A stretch of DNA of 64,000 nt from Reclinomonas americana ATCC 50394 (taxonomy: Eukaryota). The stretch spans positions 1,302,001 to 1,366,000 of the forward strand of contig PS015009.1 in the NCBI GenBank assembly GCA_048213135.1, given 5' to 3'. Position numbers and translations under genes: made by a program. Positions 59,216 through 64,000 of this stretch are shown here, piece by piece. Position 1 is the stretch's first letter; every line of letters begins with the position of its first letter. Below the pieces are notes generated by a model. The model was not told the DNA's origin and did no database searches. It was given only the letters and a program-made list of their open reading frames with translations.

Positions 59216-60259
59216 ATGACAGCAACCAAAGCATATGCGGCCCAGGACGCTACAAGCGAACTCGCTCCCTGGACATTTGACCGTCGCAATGTGGGTCCGC
59301 ACGACGTGCAGATCGACATCCTCTATTGCGGTGTGTGCCACTCCGACCTGCACCAGATCCGCGACGAATGGGGCGGCTCCATTTTCCCGATGGTACCCGG
59401 CCACGAAATTGTGGGCCGTGTAAGCCAGGTGGGCGATCACGTAAAAAAATACAAAACCGGCGACCTCGTTGGCGTAGGCTGCCTGGTTGATTCCTGCCGC
59501 AGCTGCGACAACTGTAAAGAAGGGCTGGAACAATACTGCCTCAACGGTGGCTCCTACACGTACAACGGTTACGAACAGGACAGGAAAACGCCTACTTATG
59601 GCGGTTACTCCAAACTCATTGTTACCCACGAAGATTTTGTGCTGAAGGTTTCTGAAAAACTGCCGCTGGCCAATGTAGCCCCGCTGCTGTGCGCCGGCAT
59701 TACCACTTACTCACCGCTCCGTCACTGGAAAGTAGGCAAAGGTCATCGCGTGGCGGTACTGGGATTGGGTGGACTGGGCCACATGGCGGTTAAATTCGCC
59801 GTATCCTTCGGCGCGGAAGTAACCGTACTCAGCACCTCGGCTTCCAAAAAAGCCGACGCGGAAAAACTGGGCGCTCACAAATTTGTGGTAACCTCCGATC
59901 CTGCAAGTGTTGACGCCGTGAAAGGTTATTTCGATTTTATCATCGACACCGTTTCCGCACCACACGATTATAATCTTTACCTCACCCTGTTGCGCACCAA
60001 TGGCGTGCAGATATGCGTAGGCGTTCCTCCCACACCAACAGAAATCCTCGGCTTCAACCTCATCGGTGGCCGCAGGAGCCTGGCCGGTTCGTTGATTGGC
60101 GGACTGCCCGAAACACAGGAGATGCTCGACTACTGTGCCGAACACGACATTGTTTCAGAAGTGGAAGTAATCGATATTAAAGACGTTGAAGCATCTTACA
60201 AACGCATGCTCAAAGGCGATGTACGGTATCGTTTTGTGATTGATATGGCAACCTTGTAG
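59216..60259 (+). CDS. Zn-dependent NAD(P)H alcohol dehydrogenase (YahK/cinnamyl-ADH-like)
   Basis: CGVCHSD, GHEIVG, structural Cys cluster, GLGGLGH and DVRYRFVID. Confidence 0.93.
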   Translation: MTATKAYAAQDATSELAPWTFDRRNVGPHDVQIDILYCGVCHSDLHQIRDEWGGSIFPMVPGHEIVGRVSQVGDHVKKYKTGDLVGVGCLVDSCRSCDNCKEGLEQYCLNGGSYTYNGYEQDRKTPTYGGYSKLIVTHEDFVLKVSEKLPLANVAPLLCAGITTYSPLRHWKVGKGHRVAVLGLGGLGHMAVKFAVSFGAEVTVLSTSASKKADAEKLGAHKFVVTSDPASVDAVKGYFDFIIDTVSAPHDYNLYLTLLRTNGVQICVGVPPTPTEILGFNLIGGRRSLAGSLIGGLPETQEMLDYCAEHDIVSEVEVIDIKDVEASYKRMLKGDVRYRFVIDMATL

Positions 60260-60353
60260 AAACCGGTAGTAAGAATAAAGTAGCAAGATATGAGAGCCGG
60301 TTCTTCCTGCTACTTTATTCTTGCTACTTACTACACATTTAATAAGCAACAAT

Positions 60354-61385
60354 ATGGAATACAGAACACTAGGCGATTCAGGAATAAAAGTTCCGGTACT
60401 CAGCTTTGGTACGGCCACGTTTGGCGGCGGAACAGAATTTTTTAAAAAATGGGGTGAAACCGATGTAGCGGAAGCCCGGCGGCTGGTAGACATTTGCCTG
60501 GAAGCAGGCGTGAACCTGTTCGACACGGCCAACTCCTACTCCAAAGGTCTTTCAGAAGAAATACTCGGTAAGGCCATTGAGGGCAGGAAACGCGATGAAC
60601 TGCTGCTGTCTACCAAAGCTACTTTTCCCATGGGCGACGGGCCCAACGACTGGGGATCTTCCCGGATCTTTTTAACCAAAGCATTAGAGGGCAGCTTGCG
60701 CAGGCTCAACACCGATTACGTGGATATTTATCATATGCATGGTTTCGACGGCACCACGCCTATTGAAGAAACCCTGCAAACGCTCAACGGTTTTGTGCAA
60801 AGCGGCAAGGTTCGTTACATCGCCTGCTCCAATTTTTCGGGATGGCATTTAATGAAGTCGCTGGCCATTTCCGATAAACGGGGCTGGGCTAAATATGTAG
60901 GCCACCAGGTGTACTACTCCCTGCTGGGCCGCGAGTATGAATGGGAGCTGATGCCGCTGGGCGTTGAAGAAAAAGTGGGCGCTATTGTATGGAGCCCGCT
61001 GGCACAGGGCCGTCTTTCCGGCAAAGTATCGCGGAAGAACCCCGCGCCTAAAGAAAGCCGTGTAGGGCAGGGCGGTGCCATGGGTCCGCAGGGCAGTGAT
61101 GAATTTTTCTACAATGTTATCGACACGCTGGAAGCCATTGCCGAAGAAACCGGCAAAACCGTGGCCCAGGTATCGCTGAACTGGCTACTGCAGCGGCCCA
61201 CCGTTTCTACCGTTATTATTGGCGCAAGAAATGAAGAACAACTGAAACAAAATATTGCCGCCGCCGGCTGGAACCTGACCCAAGAGCAGGTAAAGCGGCT
61301 GGATGATGTATCGAAAACAGAAGCCATTTATCCTTACTGGCACCAGGCGGGATATACGCAGCTGAAATCGGTACTGCAGTTTTAA
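60354..61385 (+). CDS. Aldo/keto reductase
   Basis: FDTANSYS, STK, SLRRLNTDYVD, GKVRYI and WSPLAQG. Confidence 0.93.
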   Translation: MEYRTLGDSGIKVPVLSFGTATFGGGTEFFKKWGETDVAEARRLVDICLEAGVNLFDTANSYSKGLSEEILGKAIEGRKRDELLLSTKATFPMGDGPNDWGSSRIFLTKALEGSLRRLNTDYVDIYHMHGFDGTTPIEETLQTLNGFVQSGKVRYIACSNFSGWHLMKSLAISDKRGWAKYVGHQVYYSLLGREYEWELMPLGVEEKVGAIVWSPLAQGRLSGKVSRKNPAPKESRVGQGGAMGPQGSDEFFYNVIDTLEAIAEETGKTVAQVSLNWLLQRPTVSTVIIGARNEEQLKQNIAAAGWNLTQEQVKRLDDVSKTEAIYPYWHQAGYTQLKSVLQF

Positions 61386-61415
61386 AAGACAGGCCCCGGG
61401 TTTAAAGCCCGGGGT

Positions 61416-61796
61416 TTATTTTTCTCCCGGATCGATTTTGACGAGCCAGTACCAGTCTCCCTCGGTAGCGGCATAAGCATAGTCATAACAACAGGTATAG
61501 GCGGGCCCCTTGCCTGCCGGATGCTGGTGAGTACAGTACCTGAACCGGAACCCCGACTCCAGCAATTGTTCGCGGTGCACTTTCTTTTTCTTTTCTTCCG
61601 GCCCCAGTAACGATTCCAGTATTCTCCTGTTTTTACTTAATGCATTATTCACTTTTCTGACCAGGTTATTCGCCATGGCGTTCTGCTGGTTGTTGAATGT
61701 ATTCCTGCAATAGTCGTCGCAAAACTTTTTATCAGTTCGGCCTTTCAGCAGTTTATCGCAGGTCATGCAATGACGATGGGGTACGGGTGTTATCAT
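61416..61796 (-). CDS. Zn-ribbon (DUF2116-like) hypothetical protein
   Basis: CMTC...GRTDKKFCDDYCRNTFNN and LSKNRRIL. Confidence 0.8.
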   Translation of the reverse strand: MITPVPHRHCMTCDKLLKGRTDKKFCDDYCRNTFNNQQNAMANNLVRKVNNALSKNRRILESLLGPEEKKKKVHREQLLESGFRFRYCTHQHPAGKGPAYTCCYDYAYAATEGDWYWLVKIDPGEK

Positions 61797-62003
61797 AACG
61801 GCATTTTTCTTATGCCCGTCAATTTCCACCAACATCAAATATTTACAGTCCGTATTTACCGCAAGTAAGCGTTTAAAAACCGGCTAAGCTTTTGGAGCCG
61901 CTGCATATTTGTATCCATATCCCAACGGCGCCGGGGATGATGCAAAAAAAATGGATCGCCCGAAAATCAACAGGAGTAAGGGCTTCAACAAAAATTAATC
62001 TTT

Positions 62004-62348
62004 ATGAACGGACTAAAGAACAAAATACAGCTGATCGGGTTTCTCGGAAATACACCCGAGGTGAAAAACACCGAAAACGGGAAGAAATTGGCCAATTTCC
62101 GCATGGCTACCAACGAGGTTTATTATAATGGCCAGGGTGAAAAAGTAACGGAGACCACCTGGCACAACGCCGTTGCCTGGGGGAAACTGGCAGATATTGC
62201 CGAAAAGTACCTTACCAAAGGAAGCGAAGTGATCGTTGAAGGCAAACTCGTTAACCGGAGTTATACCAATAAGGACGGTGCTAAAAAATATTTTTCGGAA
62301 GTACATGTAAACGAGTTAATGATGCTGGGTAGTAAGGCCGACGATTGA
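62004..62348 (+). CDS. ssb: Single-stranded DNA-binding protein (short form)
   Basis: NKIQLIGFLG, ATNE, TTWHNAVAWG, KGSEVIVEGKL..RSY. Confidence 0.92.
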   Translation: MNGLKNKIQLIGFLGNTPEVKNTENGKKLANFRMATNEVYYNGQGEKVTETTWHNAVAWGKLADIAEKYLTKGSEVIVEGKLVNRSYTNKDGAKKYFSEVHVNELMMLGSKADD

Positions 62349-62372
62349 CAGAGCGGTTTTTGTTTAATGAAG

Positions 62373-62428
62373 CCGGGTGTCGTGCGACGGGAGGTTGGAA
62401 CCCGCTCGTGCTGACGCCCGGTACTTTT
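62373..62428 (+). terminator. Long hairpin after ssb
   Basis: CCGGGTGTC...GACGCCCGG stem with inner pairing, followed by TACTTTT. Confidence 0.55.
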
Positions 62429-62577
62429 AACCCATTCATTAAAAGCAACGCCTGTTATTATTATTTTAAATCTTCATTCGTATTCCTGTATTTTTTACAG
62501 GGAATATTTTCCTTCCTTTTCTTTTTTGAACGGGAAAACTATTCATTGTATTTTTAAAGTTTTCATCATACTGATAA

Positions 62578-64000
62578 GTGAAGAACCCTATAGATATTAA
62601 TGAACGTTTTCAGCTGGCCGCGGATTTCATTCAGTTCAGCAGTATGCCTGTTTTTCTTACCGGTAAGGCCGGAACGGGTAAGACCACATTTTTAAAATAT
62701 ATCCGCGATAACTGTACCAAGAATATGGCGGTACTGGCGCCTACCGGTGTGGCCGCCATCAATGCCGGTGGAACAACCATCCACTCTTTTTTCCAGCTTC
62801 CCTTCACGCCTTTTATTCCGCATGGTAACGGGAAACATGAATTGCTGGGCAGGCTGCGTTTCAACAGCGATCGCCGCAAATTGTTCCAGCAACTGGAGCT
62901 GCTGGTGATCGACGAGATCAGTATGGTAAGGGCAGATGTGCTTGACGCCATAGATACCATCCTTCGCTGGGTAAGGAACCAGGCCGGCAAACCTTTCGGC
63001 GGTGTACAGCTTTTATATATAGGAGATGTATTCCAGTTGTCGCCGGTTGTTAAGAATGAAGGATGGGAACTGTTATCAGGGTTTTACAGGAGTCCTTATT
63101 TTTTCGACAGCCTGGTTATAGAGCAGCAGCCACCTGTTTATGTTGAACTGGACAGGATATACCGCCAAACGGATATTCATTTTATTGAACTGCTCAATTG
63201 CATCCGCAATAACCGGCTTGACGACAAGAATCGCCAACTGCTCAACAGCAGGTTCCTGCCCGACCAGCAGGTTGATACCCGGGACGGCTACATTACACTG
63301 ACCACACATAACCATACCGCCGAGGAGATCAACAAAAAAGAACTGGCGCAGTTGAAAGGAAAGGAATACAGTTTTAAAGCCGCGGTGCAGGGCGACTTCA
63401 GTGAGAAAGCCTATCCTGCCGATGCCGAGTTGTTGGTGAAGGTTGGCGCACATGTTATGTTCCTGAAAAATGACACGGAAAAAGTACGGCGGTATTTTAA
63501 TGGGAAGATCGGTGAGGTCACCAGCATTGGGGATGATAAGATCATGGTGCAATGCACCGGCGATGATAAAGCCATAGAGGTAAAAAAAGAAACCTGGGAA
63601 AATATCCGTTATGTGCACGATAAAACCACCAACCAGGTAGAGGAAGAAGTGATCGGCTCTTTCAGTCAGTACCCGCTCAGGCTGGCCTGGGCTATTACCA
63701 TACACAAAAGCCAGGGACTTACATTTGAAAAAACAGTGATTGATGCCGGTGCCGCTTTTGCAGCCGGGCAGGTATACGTGGCGCTGAGCCGCTGCACCAG
63801 TCTTGAAGGCATTATTCTCAAAAGCAGGATCAGCGAACAAAGCCTGAAAACCGACCAGCGGATCATTAATTATATCTCCGGGCAATCTCAGCAAGCCGCC
63901 ACGCTGCCCGATTACCTGGAAACTTCCAAATCAGCTTTCCAGCAGGAGACTATTCTCCGGCTTTTTGATATGTCGGCCATAGCTGTTGAAATGCAAACGA
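62578..64000 (+). CDS. PIF1-like (SF1B) DNA helicase; 3'-truncated by the window edge
   Basis: Not in the ORF track because it has no stop in the window. GTG at 62578 opens FLTGKAGTGKTT, APTGVAA, IDEISM, PFGG, IYRQ, AWAITIHKSQG and YVALSR. Confidence 0.9.
   Translation, partial: MKNPIDINERFQLAADFIQFSSMPVFLTGKAGTGKTTFLKYIRDNCTKNMAVLAPTGVAAINAGGTTIHSFFQLPFTPFIPHGNGKHELLGRLRFNSDRRKLFQQLELLVIDEISMVRADVLDAIDTILRWVRNQAGKPFGGVQLLYIGDVFQLSPVVKNEGWELLSGFYRSPYFFDSLVIEQQPPVYVELDRIYRQTDIHFIELLNCIRNNRLDDKNRQLLNSRFLPDQQVDTRDGYITLTTHNHTAEEINKKELAQLKGKEYSFKAAVQGDFSEKAYPADAELLVKVGAHVMFLKNDTEKVRRYFNGKIGEVTSIGDDKIMVQCTGDDKAIEVKKETWENIRYVHDKTTNQVEEEVIGSFSQYPLRLAWAITIHKSQGLTFEKTVIDAGAAFAAGQVYVALSRCTSLEGIILKSRISEQSLKTDQRIINYISGQSQQAATLPDYLETSKSAFQQETILRLFDMSAIAVEMQT

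Noticed and set aside
63076-63894. 272-aa minus-strand ORF
   Set aside because: It is a shadow of the + strand PIF1-like helicase that runs off the window.
62004-64000. Prophage or plasmid replication module (ssb plus helicase)
   Set aside because: No integrase, phage structural or transfer genes are nearby, and composition is host-like.

Overview
The window looks like Bacteroidota (Chitinophagaceae-like) DNA, judged from T9SS C-terminal domains, TAnnTTTG promoters and gene families. The first ~19 kb looks accessory or defence-related. It holds a partial SF1 helicase-nuclease-WGR gene, a low-GC type I restriction-modification operon, REP-like repeat arrays, a 21-bp tandem repeat and two tRNA 3'-end fragments that may be att scars. 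The middle holds a GOB-type B3 metallo-beta-lactamase, a T9SS alpha-amylase, an envelope-modification trio with a frameshifted ArnT-like gene, an ABC transporter, a flotillin and a GH92. The most striking region is 39.2-52.5 kb, a probable NrtR (ADP-ribose-sensing) regulon marked by four copies of the palindrome TTTTGCTT-N7-A(A/T)GCAAAA. It contains an ADP-ribose/RNA-repair operon (HD, DUF4291, possible ART-fold protein, NADAR, Tpt1/KptA, metallophosphoesterase). It also contains a Prs-like plus NAMPT-like pair resembling the phage NARP1 NAD-reconstitution enzymes, directly followed by a SIR2-TPR gene. A second unusual cassette (54.0-58.2 kb) encodes SET, ATP-grasp, ATP-grasp-SET fusion and ABC-type membrane proteins. 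All calls come from reading motifs by eye; no database searches were run.
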